From: an uncultured Prolixibacteraceae bacterium
GTDB lineage: Bacteria > Bacteroidota > Bacteroidia > Bacteroidales > FEN-979
Length of the DNA stretch: 64,000 nucleotides
Reading direction: 5' to 3'
NCBI GenBank assembly: GCA_964525995.1
Contig: CAZGIM010000021.1
Coordinates: 2,394 to 66,393, forward strand
Every line of letters begins with the position of its first letter. The first letter of the stretch is position 1. Of the stretch, positions 18,016-27,500 are shown one piece after another. The notes under the pieces are model-generated. The model ran no database searches. It was not told where the DNA came from and saw only the letters and a list, made by a program, of their open reading frames with translations. Position numbers and translations under genes: made by a program.

Positions 18016-18807
18016 CTACAGCTGGCCTTTGGCAAAATTATACAATGCCTTGAGCGTCGCATCAGGCGCCTCGATATAGCCCATGTGACCTGAATCGCGC
18101 AATAGGAGCACCTCGCTCCGGGCGGGTAAGGTGATCATCTCCCAAAGTTTGGGCAACGGTGCTTTCGAATCCTTCAAACCGAGGATAAATAGAACCGGTA
18201 AACCGGTTTTTTTCAGGAGCTCTGATTGGTCTTTCCGGTTTTTCATTCCTTCAAGTGCAGCGATGACCCCTTCCTTATGCATCTTTGAGGCCTGGTGGAT
18301 CAGTTTTTCAATTTTCGCGGAATAGGTTTTATGCACTTCGATGGGGAACAGTCCGGGAATGAATTGTGCCAGGAAATTGAGTTTGTCCTTTCCGACAATA
18401 TCGATAGTGCGGTTCCGGTTCTCTTTGTCGTCGGGTGAATCGGCAAAGCAATGTGAATGAAACAGGCAGAATCCGCATAGTTTCGCCGGATACTTCTCCG
18501 CAAAGGCAAGGGTCACATAGCCTCCCATCGAATGGCCCACCATGATCGCCTTCCCGGTCTTCAGTTTAGTCATGACAGTCATCACGACTTCGGCCATAAG
18601 TTCCATGGTATGAATGGTGTCGATGCATTCGCTCTTGCCGTGACCCGGCAAATCGATACAGATCACGCGGGATTTTTTAGCGAGTTTGGAGGCAAAGCCA
18701 GTCCAGATTTTTGAAGACTCGGTAAAGCCATGCAGAAGCACGACAGCTTTCCCTTTACCTTCATCGGTAAAGAAGATATTTTTCTTTTTAAATTTAATGT
18801 AGGCCAT
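18016..18807 (-). CDS. alpha/beta-fold hydrolase
   Basis: HGF oxyanion motif (VVLLHGFTESS), nucleophile elbow GHSMGG, and a C-terminal SGHM region carrying the catalytic His. Confidence 0.85.
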   Translation of the reverse strand: MAYIKFKKKNIFFTDEGKGKAVVLLHGFTESSKIWTGFASKLAKKSRVICIDLPGHGKSECIDTIHTMELMAEVVMTVMTKLKTGKAIMVGHSMGGYVTLAFAEKYPAKLCGFCLFHSHCFADSPDDKENRNRTIDIVGKDKLNFLAQFIPGLFPIEVHKTYSAKIEKLIHQASKMHKEGVIAALEGMKNRKDQSELLKKTGLPVLFILGLKDSKAPLPKLWEMITLPARSEVLLLRDSGHMGYIEAPDATLKALYNFAKGQL

Positions 18808-18845
18808 AATTTTAGTTCAAAATGCAAATGTCAAAATTCAAATCA

Positions 18846-18937
18846 GGCAATAGGCAATAGGCAGTAGGCAATAACAAAGTTCCGTTTTCCATTTTCCATT
18901 GTCAATTGTCCATTGTCAATTGTCCATTGTTCATTGT
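18846..18937. repeat. two adjacent degenerate heptanucleotide arrays (GGCAATA x4, then CCATTGT/CAATTGT x8)
   Basis: Strict 7-nt periodicity on direct reading. The second array supplies the last ~11 codons and the stop codon of pepP. Confidence 0.8.
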
Positions 18938-20311
18938 TTTCTCCACTTCGACGACAGTTTTGGGGATCGGTTTACCCAGGACGCGGTGTCCTTCGCGAGT
19001 GACGAGCACATCGTCTTCGATACGGATTCCACCGAAATCGCGGTAGGAGTCAACCACCTTGTAGTTGATGAACTCCGCCAGCTTGTTTTCCTTTTCCCAG
19101 ATATCGATCAGGTCGGGGATAAAATAAATTCCGGGTTCGATCGTCATGACAAATCCTTCCTGAAGTTTACGTCCAAACCGGAGGGAAGAGAATCCAAATT
19201 CTTTACTGCGTATTGTCTCTTCATCATATCCAACGAGGTTTTCGCCCATTCCTTCGAGGTCATGCACATCGAGACCCATGGGATGTCCGAGACCGTGCGG
19301 GAAAAACAGGGTGTGCGCGCCTTTCCGGGCAGCCTCTTCAGGATCGCCTTTCATGATTCCCAGTGCAGTCAGTCCTTTTGCAATTTCAATAGCAGCCAGC
19401 AGGTGGATATCCCGGAACGGAATGCCGGGACCGACCGCTTCGATGGCTTTCAGGTTGGCATTCAGCACCACTTCATAGATTCCTTTCTGGCGTTCGTTGA
19501 ATTTACCGCCAACCGGGATCGAGCGGGTAATGTCGCTCGAGTAATGCAAAGCAGTTTCACATCCGGCATCGACCACCATCATGCGACCCTCGGTAAGGAC
19601 ATTGCCATGAAGGTGGTTATGAAGTATCTGTCCGTTGATTGAGAGGATCACCGGGAAGGAGACCGGTCCGCAGTGGGTGAGGGCAATCCCCTCAATAACT
19701 CCGGCTATTTCGCTTTCGACCCTGCCTGGGTGAGCCATTTTCATTGCGGTTGTATGCATCAGCCAGGCGGTTTCGATCGCTTTTTCAATTTCCTCAATCT
19801 CGACCTGTTCTTTTCTCATCCGCAATTTTACGATAGCCTTGATCAAAGGTTCGGAGGTTCGTTTTGACAACTCAAGGTGGGGAATTCTCAACAGGTCGCT
19901 CAGCCAGAGGATGGTTTCGCCGCGGTAGGCAGGCGCAAAATGAACCGTACGGCCTGCGCTCAGGGCCTTTCCGATCATGTCGTTCAGGCTTTTCAGCGGA
20001 GCAGTACGTTCTATTCCAACGAGGGCTGCCTGTTCCTGCAAGGTCGGTAGTTGACCCATCCAGATCACATCGTCAATATCCGTGTCATTGCCGAAAAGGT
20101 AGTCAACACCTTCATCCAGGTCGATGATCCCGGCGAGATCGGGATGATCCAGTCCGAAGAAGTAGGAAAAATTACTATCCTGGCGAAAGGAATAGGTGTT
20201 GGAAGGGTAATTGAACGGAACTTCCTGGTTGCCTAAAAAAAGCACCAGTCCCCGGGTCATTTCAGCCCGCAGATTTTTACGGCGATTCTGGTAAACGGTA
20301 GATGAAAACAT
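18902..20311 (-). CDS. pepP: Xaa-Pro aminopeptidase (M24B family)
   Basis: Creatinase-like N-domain plus pita-bread fold, with metal-ligand motifs DAGCE...D..R, FPHGLGHPMGLDVHD and TIEPGIY...GGIRIED. Confidence 0.9.
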   Translation of the reverse strand: MFSSTVYQNRRKNLRAEMTRGLVLFLGNQEVPFNYPSNTYSFRQDSNFSYFFGLDHPDLAGIIDLDEGVDYLFGNDTDIDDVIWMGQLPTLQEQAALVGIERTAPLKSLNDMIGKALSAGRTVHFAPAYRGETILWLSDLLRIPHLELSKRTSEPLIKAIVKLRMRKEQVEIEEIEKAIETAWLMHTTAMKMAHPGRVESEIAGVIEGIALTHCGPVSFPVILSINGQILHNHLHGNVLTEGRMMVVDAGCETALHYSSDITRSIPVGGKFNERQKGIYEVVLNANLKAIEAVGPGIPFRDIHLLAAIEIAKGLTALGIMKGDPEEAARKGAHTLFFPHGLGHPMGLDVHDLEGMGENLVGYDEETIRSKEFGFSSLRFGRKLQEGFVMTIEPGIYFIPDLIDIWEKENKLAEFINYKVVDSYRDFGGIRIEDDVLVTREGHRVLGKPIPKTVVEVEKTMNNGQLTMDN

Positions 20312-20377
20312 AATTTAGACTGTATTAGAATTGTGAATATTTTCAGTGTTAATTTTTTTTCCTCGAACTTTTCCTTC

Positions 20378-20385
20378 TAATTTTG
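20378..20385 (+). promoter_or_regulatory. candidate -7 box TAATTTTG for the sdhCAB operon
   Basis: Matches TAnnTTTG, 32 nt upstream of the sdhC ATG. No clear -33 TTTG was found. Confidence 0.3.
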
Positions 20386-20416
20386 AAACAGCGAACAAAT
20401 TTATTAAAAGCTTGTT

Positions 20417-21088
20417 ATGAATACATCTTTTTTACGTTTTTCTTCCATCACGAAAAAAATCTGGATGGCCTTTTTAGGAATTTTTCTGATGATCTTTTTG
20501 GTGGTTCATTTAGGGATCAACCTGTGTTTATTGCGAAGCGACGGAGGGGAATGGTTCCATGCCGCGGCTCATTTTATGGGGACGAACTATATCGTAAAAG
20601 TCTTCGAGTTTTTCCTGTTCGGCGGGTTCATCCTGCACATCCTGATCGGCATTATCCTGCAGGTTCAGAATTGGTTGTCGCGGCCGGTAAGGTATAAGGT
20701 CAGCAACAAATCGTACACCCCGTTTCTGTCGAAGTACATGATCTACACCGGGGCCATTGTATTGATATTCCTCATCATCCATTTCATGAATTTTTACTTT
20801 ATCAAATTAGGATGGGTGGGCAATCCGCACATCACACCCGAAGGGGAACCCGATTTCTATCTGATTGCCCGCGACCTGTTTCAGCAACCGCTATATTCCT
20901 TTCTATACATTATTCTGATTGTAATTTTAGGATTCCACCTGAATCATGCTTTTCAGGCCGCCTGGCAAACGTTGGGGGTCAACCATCCGCAGTACAACAA
21001 TTTCATCTCCTGGTTTGGATCCCTTTACGCGATCATTATTCCGGCAGGATTTATCATCATTCCCATTTACTTTTTATTTATCCGATAA
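20417..21088 (+). CDS. sdhC: succinate dehydrogenase/fumarate reductase cytochrome b subunit (Bacteroidetes type)
   Basis: Five hydrophobic helices with conserved His residues ([22 protein letters not shown]). Sits immediately upstream of the flavoprotein subunit. Confidence 0.8.
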   Translation: MNTSFLRFSSITKKIWMAFLGIFLMIFLVVHLGINLCLLRSDGGEWFHAAAHFMGTNYIVKVFEFFLFGGFILHILIGIILQVQNWLSRPVRYKVSNKSYTPFLSKYMIYTGAIVLIFLIIHFMNFYFIKLGWVGNPHITPEGEPDFYLIARDLFQQPLYSFLYIILIVILGFHLNHAFQAAWQTLGVNHPQYNNFISWFGSLYAIIIPAGFIIIPIYFLFIR

Positions 21089-21092
21089 TCTC

Positions 21093-23030
21093 ATGGCTGA
21101 ATTAAATTCCAAGACGCCTAAAGGTCCTTTGGCGTTGAAATGGACCAACTACAAGGCGCATCAGAATCTGGTCAATCCCAACAATAAACGTAAGCTTGAC
21201 ATCATCGTTGTGGGTACGGGTCTGGCTGGATCGGCAGCTGCCGCATCACTGGGAGAGATGGGTTTCAACGTCAAGATTTTCTGTTATCAGGACAGTCCGC
21301 GCCGTGCACACAGCATCGCGGCCCAGGGCGGAATCAATGCCGCCAAGAACTATCCCAACGATGGCGACAGCATTTACCGGTTATTTTACGATACCATCAA
21401 AGGCGGCGATTACCGCGCCCGAGAGGCGAATGTTTACCGGTTGGCGGAGGTCAGCAACAACATCATCGATCAGTGTGTGGCTCAGGGGGTTCCTTTTGCC
21501 AGGGAGTACGGTGGTTCGCTTGAGAATCGTTCTTTCGGTGGGGCCCAGGTTTCACGTACTTTCTATGCGCGCGGGCAAACCGGACAGCAGCTTCTTTTAG
21601 GCGCATACGGCGCTTTAAGCCGCCAGATCAAACTGGGTACCGTGAAGCTTTTCAACCGCCATGAGATGATGGATGTGGTGATCATCGACGGAAAAGCACG
21701 CGGCATCATCGCCCGTGACCTGATCACCGGAAAACTGGAACGTCATTTCGGTCACGCGGTTGTCATCGCTACTGGCGGATATGGAAACGTGTTCTACCTG
21801 TCGACTAATGCTATGGGTTCGAACACCAGCGCTATCTGGCAGATCTTCAAGAAGGGGGCCTTCTTTGCCAATCCCTGTTTCACCCAGATCCACCCGACCT
21901 GTATCCCTGTTCACGGTGATTACCAGTCGAAGCTGACACTGATGAGCGAAAGTTTAAGGAACGACGGCCGCATCTGGGTGCCAAAGTTCAAAGAGGATGC
22001 GGAGGCGAACCGCCATGGAACGTTGAAGGCTAACGATATACCCGAGGATCGCCGTGACTATTTCCTGGAGCGAAGGTACCCGGCATTCGGGAACCTGGTT
22101 CCTCGCGATGTGGCTTCCCGGGCTGCAAAGGAACGCTGTGACGCCGGTTTCGGTGTGGGTGAAACCGGATTGGCTGTATTTCTCGATTTCAAAGATTCGA
22201 TCGCAAGGCTGGGCCGGAATGTAATTGAAGAGCGGTACGGCAACCTCTTCCAGATGTACGAAAAGATCGTGGATGAGAATCCGTATGAAAACCCGATGAT
22301 GATCTATCCTGCCGTACACTATACCATGGGTGGCACTTGGGTGGATTATGAGTTGATGACCACCGTGAAAGGATTGTTTGCCGCCGGAGAAGCCAATTTT
22401 TCGGATCATGGGGCCAACCGCCTTGGCGCCTCGGCGCTGATGCAAGGCCTGGCCGACGGCTATTTCGTACTTCCCTATACCCTGCAGAACTACCTCTCGG
22501 GCGAGATCAAAGTACCCAGGATGGCAACCGACACTGCGGAATTCGTTGAAGCCGAAAAAGCAGTAAGGATGCGCCTCGAAAGGCTGATGTCGGTAAAAGG
22601 CAACCGCAGTGTCGATCATTTCCACAAGGAGCTGGGAAAGATCATGTGGGAAAATGTGGGAATGGGCCGGACAGAAGCCAGGCTGAAAAAGGCTGTTGAG
22701 TTGATCCGTGCCCTGCGCGCCGAATTCTGGAAAGATGTCAAGATCCCCGGCAAGATGGATGAGCTGAATGTGGAGCTGGAGAAGGCCAACCGGGTCGCCG
22801 ATTTTTTCGAGTTAGGCGAATTGATAGCGATCGATGCCTTACACCGGAATGAAAGCTGTGGCGGTCATTTCCGCGAAGAGTACCAGACCGATGAAGGCGA
22901 ATGCCTGCGTAATGATGAAGATTTCAAATATGTTGCCGCCTGGGAATACAAAGGCGAGGGAGATTTCGTTCTGCATAAGGAACCATTGGTTTATGAGGAG
23001 ATTGAGGTGAAGCAGAGGATATATAAATAG
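21093..23030 (+). CDS. sdhA: succinate dehydrogenase/fumarate reductase flavoprotein subunit
   Basis: Start moved to [11 protein letters not shown] (the track ORF begins 49 codons earlier, inside sdhC). FAD fold [15 protein letters not shown], the [11 protein letters not shown] region with the FAD-linking His, HYTMGG and RLGASAL motifs. Confidence 0.95.
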   Translation: MAELNSKTPKGPLALKWTNYKAHQNLVNPNNKRKLDIIVVGTGLAGSAAAASLGEMGFNVKIFCYQDSPRRAHSIAAQGGINAAKNYPNDGDSIYRLFYDTIKGGDYRAREANVYRLAEVSNNIIDQCVAQGVPFAREYGGSLENRSFGGAQVSRTFYARGQTGQQLLLGAYGALSRQIKLGTVKLFNRHEMMDVVIIDGKARGIIARDLITGKLERHFGHAVVIATGGYGNVFYLSTNAMGSNTSAIWQIFKKGAFFANPCFTQIHPTCIPVHGDYQSKLTLMSESLRNDGRIWVPKFKEDAEANRHGTLKANDIPEDRRDYFLERRYPAFGNLVPRDVASRAAKERCDAGFGVGETGLAVFLDFKDSIARLGRNVIEERYGNLFQMYEKIVDENPYENPMMIYPAVHYTMGGTWVDYELMTTVKGLFAAGEANFSDHGANRLGASALMQGLADGYFVLPYTLQNYLSGEIKVPRMATDTAEFVEAEKAVRMRLERLMSVKGNRSVDHFHKELGKIMWENVGMGRTEARLKKAVELIRALRAEFWKDVKIPGKMDELNVELEKANRVADFFELGELIAIDALHRNESCGGHFREEYQTDEGECLRNDEDFKYVAAWEYKGEGDFVLHKEPLVYEEIEVKQRIYK

Positions 23031-23079
23031 GCAATAGGCAATAGGCATTGGGAATTAGGAATTAGGGAAATTGGGAAGA
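23031..23079. repeat. heptad-repeat left arm of the four-helix-bundle cassette
   Basis: GCAATAG GCAATAG GCATTGG GAATTAG GAATTAG GGAAATT GGGAAGA begins directly after the sdhA stop. Positions 23037..23058 are the reverse complement (21/22) of 23551..23572. Confidence 0.8.
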
Positions 23080-23128
23080 GCTGGTCTGTGAATCTTAAGA
23101 GATATGTGGAATTTTAAGTAAACGACCT

Positions 23129-23509
23129 ATGGAAAAACAGACCGTAACCACATATAAGGATCTGGTTGTTTGGCAGAAGGGAATTGAGCTTGTTAATGAG
23201 ATATATGTTGTAACCAGGATATTTCCAAAGGAGGAGATGTTTGGATTAACAAACCAGTTACGGAGAGCAGCAATTTCAATTCCGGCAAATATTGCAGAAG
23301 GTTGGGGTCGAAGTTCAACAAAGAATTATGTTCAATTTATTAAGATATCGTTGGGATCTTTATTTGAATTAGAAACTCTTATCATTATTGCAAAAGATCA
23401 AAATTATCTTGAGGAACAAATAATGAATAAAATTTCCGTAGAAATAACAGAAATCGGAAAAATGTTAAATAAGCTAATACGTAATCTCGAAAATTATATT
23501 AAGAAATAA
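23129..23509 (+). CDS. four-helix-bundle protein (23S rRNA intervening-sequence protein / Avd family, TIGR02436-like)
   Basis: Family signature YKDLVVWQKGIELVNEIY...FPKEEMFGLTNQLRRAAISIPANIAEGWGR...Y.QF..I.LGSL.ELET. The gene is 126 aa and visibly AT-richer than the flanking sdh genes. Confidence 0.9.
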   Translation: MEKQTVTTYKDLVVWQKGIELVNEIYVVTRIFPKEEMFGLTNQLRRAAISIPANIAEGWGRSSTKNYVQFIKISLGSLFELETLIIIAKDQNYLEEQIMNKISVEITEIGKMLNKLIRNLENYIKK

Positions 23510-23517
23510 TTATAGTA

Positions 23518-23640
23518 ACCAGCATAGTCAATTGGCCGTTACCCAAATGGCTAATGCCCAATGCCTATTGCCTTAATAATGAACCAGCATTGTCAATTTG
23601 CCAGTTACACTAATGGCCAATACCCAATGCCTAATGCCTT
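23518..23640. repeat. tandem pair of ~60-bp units forming the heptad-repeat right arm of the cassette
   Basis: Unit 1 is ACCAGCATAGTCAATTGGCCGTTACCCAAATGGCTAATGCCCAATGCCTATTGCC. Unit 2 is ACCAGCATTGTCAATTTGCCAGTTACACTAATGGCCAATACCCAATGCCTAATGCC. Both end in NNNAATG heptads, and the sdhB ATG follows 7 nt later. Confidence 0.8.
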
Positions 23641-23645
23641 CTTCC

Positions 23646-24386
23646 ATGGACCTGACCCTCAAAATCTGGCGTCAAATGGACGCAAAATCTGCAGGAAAGT
23701 TTGTAACTTATTCGTTACGCGATATTTCCCCGAACTGTTCCTTTCTCGAAATGTTGGATATTTTAAATGAGCAGTTGATTCAGAAAAATGAAGAACCGGT
23801 GGTCTTTGATCACGATTGCCGGGAGGGAATTTGCGGAATGTGCAGCCTATACATTAACGGTAGGCCGCATGGTCCTGATGATGCCGTAACCGCCTGTCAG
23901 TTGCACATGCGCAAGTTCAGGGACGGCGATACCATCGTAGTTGAGCCCTGGCGCGCCAAGCCCTTCCCGGTGATCAAGGACCTGATGGTTGACCGGTCGG
24001 CATTCGACAAGATCATCCAGGAGGGCGGTTATATCTCGGTGAATACAGGCGGAGCTGCCGAAGCCAACAACATACTGGTCAGCAAGAAAAAAGCCGATCT
24101 GGCCATGGATGCCGCAGCTTGCATCGGGTGCGGCGCCTGTGTGGCGGCCTGTAAAAATGCATCAGCTATGTTATTCGTTTCCGCCAAGGTTTCCCAATTT
24201 GCCTTGCTGCCCCAGGGTAAAATCGAAGCCAAAGAACGCGTAAAAAGGATGGTGAAGAAGATGGACGAGCTGGGCTTCGGTAACTGCACCAACACTTACG
24301 CCTGTGAAGCGGAATGCCCCAAACTGATCTCGCGGTCGAACATCGCCCGTATGAACCGCGAATTCATCTGCGCCAAGGTGGTCTGA
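23646..24386 (+). CDS. sdhB: succinate dehydrogenase/fumarate reductase iron-sulfur subunit
   Basis: Start moved to [10 protein letters not shown] (the track ORF starts 16 codons earlier, inside the repeat). Fe-S cluster motifs: 2Fe-2[21 protein letters not shown], and C..C....CP (CEAECP). Confidence 0.9.
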   Translation: MDLTLKIWRQMDAKSAGKFVTYSLRDISPNCSFLEMLDILNEQLIQKNEEPVVFDHDCREGICGMCSLYINGRPHGPDDAVTACQLHMRKFRDGDTIVVEPWRAKPFPVIKDLMVDRSAFDKIIQEGGYISVNTGGAAEANNILVSKKKADLAMDAAACIGCGACVAACKNASAMLFVSAKVSQFALLPQGKIEAKERVKRMVKKMDELGFGNCTNTYACEAECPKLISRSNIARMNREFICAKVV

Positions 24387-24516
24387 TCCCCCACCACGAA
24401 AAAAGTTATTAACAGACCCATTACTTTTTCTTTTCCGGTGAATTAAGCATCAACCGGAGGGGAGATTTGTCACCGATCTTCTCATCCCGACTGCAAACTC
24501 AACCAATCACTGGAGT

Positions 24517-27500
24517 ATGAAAAAGCTACTATCATGGTTGCTCCTCGTCATTGCCGGAGGTGCAACGGCACTCAGCCAAACCGAAATTTCAGAAGGATCA
24601 CCTATACCTTCAATCGGACATTTGAATGGAACCCCCGATCAGTTACTAACCAATCCTGTTGCGGCCTGGGACTTTTACGGCATCCCATCCGCCTCACCCC
24701 CGGCAACCTGTACCGCGACCATCTTTGACGCCAACCTGACCGGTACCGGCCTGATCACCCGGGGCCCTGGAGCTCCGCCATCGGGCGCTGCAAATTCATT
24801 CAGAACCACAGGATTCCAGAATAATGGAGTAGGTGTGGGGAACACCGACTACTTTGAGATCAACCTGGGCGCTTCACCTGGATATTCCTTGTCACTCTCC
24901 ACGATTGATGCGCGTTTTGGGGGCACGGCCTCGTTTTATGCAGCCCCCGGGGTCACTTCACAATATGGATATAGTCTCGACGGGATAAACTTCATCCTGA
25001 TCGGGAACCCGGTGACCTCCACCGCTCTCACCACGGCGTCCATTGACCTGACTCAGATACCTTCATTACAGAATGTCGCTTCAGGCGTTACCGTTACGAT
25101 CAGGTACTACGCAAGCGGCCAAACCACAACCGGAGGATGGGGGTTTTATTCCTCTTCGCCAGGCAACTACGGACTTGCGATCGGCGGATCATTGAATTCC
25201 CTTGCAACAACCGGGATTTACACCTGGAATCAAACCAACGCCGGCAACTGGAATGATCCGGCCAACTGGACTCCACCCAGAACCAGTCCGCTGAATTCAG
25301 ATTTCCTGGTCTTTGACAATGGCGGTTCTTGCATCATAACCGGTGTCCCCATTCAAACGGTTGGAGGAATGAAAATTACCGGTAGCACTGCGGTCATCCT
25401 TCAAAGTGAGACTGCCATAACCCTGACGATTGCGGGTGGAGCAGGTACCGATTTTGAGGTCGGCGCCGGTTCGATACTGAGTCTGGGCGGAACGAATGCC
25501 ATCACTTTAGCCCTTGGTAGCGGGGCAACAGCTTCGGTTTCAGGCTCCGTTACTTTTACAAACAGCTCCTCAGCGGCAAACAGGTTTACCGGAAATGATC
25601 CGGAATCCATCTTGTTCCACGGAGGTAGTCTCTTTAGTACCGGAATGTTTCAATCGGGACCTCCGTTCGGAACCGCCTCAACCGGCGCAGTGGTCTTTGA
25701 AAGCGGCTCAGTCCTCCTTCACCAGTCGGGAAGTAATCCCTTCGGCGCGCCGCAGCCCGGCAGCGCCACGGTATTTCAAACCGGAAGCCTGTACAAGGTT
25801 ACCGGCAACGTTTCGCTCTCCTTTTCGGGGAGAACCTATGCCGATATGGAAATCGATGCTCCCGGAATAACCCTGACAGCCACCGGATCTAACCCTGTTT
25901 TGGTCGATAACCTTACGGTTACAAACGGATCTCTGAATTTTAATGTGACCGGATCGCCGGGCCATTCCATCAAAGGAACGATCCATGCAGCAGCCGGGAC
26001 TTCGCTTTGTTTCAATCCGGCATCCCCGGGTACCATAAGGCTGGCCGGGACAAGCAATCAGATCATTACGGGCACGGGGATGATCACTTCAGGCACTCAT
26101 TCGATCCTGGAAATTGCCAACGACTTTGGTATCACCCTGGATGCAACACTCACCCTGGAGGGTAGTGTAAAATTTACCCAGGGATTGCTGACACTGGGAT
26201 CCGGTGATCTGATCCTCGGTACACTTTCGCAGGTAACGGGATCTCCTTCAGCGGCTTCGATGGTCACCTTTAACGGGACCGGCCATTTCAGAAAACGATT
26301 TCCGGCAGTATCTTCTTTCACGTTTCCGGTTGGCACTATAACTGGCACACCCGGATATTCTCCTGTCACACTGACACTCAGCGATGGAATCTTCGGAAGC
26401 AATGGATGGGTTGGAGTGGACGTTGTAAATGCAAAGTATCCCGGCGATACGAATACGGGTAATTTTCTGAACCGTTATTGGGAGCTGACGGCAAGTGACA
26501 TAACTTCACTACAGGGTTCGGCTCAGTTTTACTACCCACCTTCGGATGTGACCGGCAGTGAAGCGCTAATATCGTGTGTGCGGGTTCATCCCGAGCCTTT
26601 TACACTTTATGCCCCTACCGATATCACCCTGCATCGGCTCCAGGCTTCGGGATTGTTGGCCCTTGGAATTTTTACGGGCTCTCAGGTCAGTCCCTCTCTC
26701 TTTCAGGTATCCGGCTCAGGCGTATATTGTGAAGGAAGCAGTGGACTTCCGGTGACATTATCCGAATCGCAGCCCTATGTCACGTATCAGCTAAAGAAAA
26801 ACGGCATGGATTCAGGCGCTCCGGTTGAGGGAACGGGATCCATGCTATCCTGGCCTGACCAGACGACCGGGATTTATTCCGTAACAGCAACCAACAGTTC
26901 AGGATCAGTGCTGATGAACGGAACGGCAGTGATCGATATGGGTGTCCCGGTAGTACCATCTGTAAGTATTGAAGCTTCCTCCAACCTGCTTTGTGCCGGT
27001 ACTCCGGTGACCATAACAGCAACTCCGACCAATGGTGGCCAGAATCCGGTTTATCAGTGGAGCCTGAACAACAATCCTACTGGTCAGAACAGCCCGATCT
27101 ATACCTGTCTTCCAGGCAACAACGACCAGATTTCCTGTACCATGACCTCCGATTTAGAGTGTGTGATTGGGAATCCTGCATATTCCAACACTCTTTCCAT
27201 GGCAGTCAACCCGCTTGTGACGGCAACCGTAACGATTACAGCTTCCGACAGTGTACTCTGTGAAGGGAATCCTGTAACCTTCACCGCCACTCCCGTAAAC
27301 GGAGGTCCTGATCCCCTCTATCAATGGATGGTAAACAACCTCAATACCGGAAACGGAGGACCGGTTTTCACCTATACTCCCGTTGATCACGACCTGGTTT
27401 CCTGTGTCATGACCTCCGGACTTGCCTGTGTTACGTGTAATCCAGCTGTGTCGAACCCCGTTCAGCTTCATGTCAATCCGCTTTCCCCGGCTGCCGTTAC

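Noticed and set aside
18899-19642. Long ORFs antisense to recognised genes. These include 18899..19642(+), 21954..22625(-), 31516..31938(-), 34104..34592(-), 38723..39217(+), 42562..43767(+), 45520..46407(+) and 53764..54306(-), among others.
   Set aside because: Each lies opposite an ORF with clear family motifs or a signal/TM organisation (pepP, sdhA, PSP1, PBP1A, saccharopine dehydrogenase, GH16-like, and so on). Their translations are Arg/Gly/Pro-rich with no recognisable motifs, which is typical of shadow ORFs.
20946-21092. 5' extension of sdhA in the track (49 extra codons), and similarly 23598..23645 for sdhB.
   Set aside because: The sdhA extension overlaps the 3' end of sdhC, and the sdhB extension lies inside the heptad repeat. 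Conserved N-termini (MAELNSK... with the FAD-binding fold shortly after, and [10 protein letters not shown]...) begin at the internal Met codons.
23129-23509. Diversity-generating retroelement, suggested by the Avd-family four-helix-bundle gene.
   Set aside because: No reverse transcriptase is present anywhere in the window. I found no template/variable repeat pair with adenine-specific differences, and the two ~60-bp right-arm units differ at mixed bases.
18846-23640. Possibility that the short periodic repeats are a CRISPR array.
   Set aside because: The period is 7 nt with no spacers, the arrays are under 100 bp, and no cas genes are present.
22839-23770. Small ORFs [10 protein letters not shown]... 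(22839..23048, -) and [10 protein letters not shown]... (23561..23770, +).
   Set aside because: These are translation artefacts of the heptad-repeat arms. They overlap the sdhA 3' end and the sdhB 5' end.
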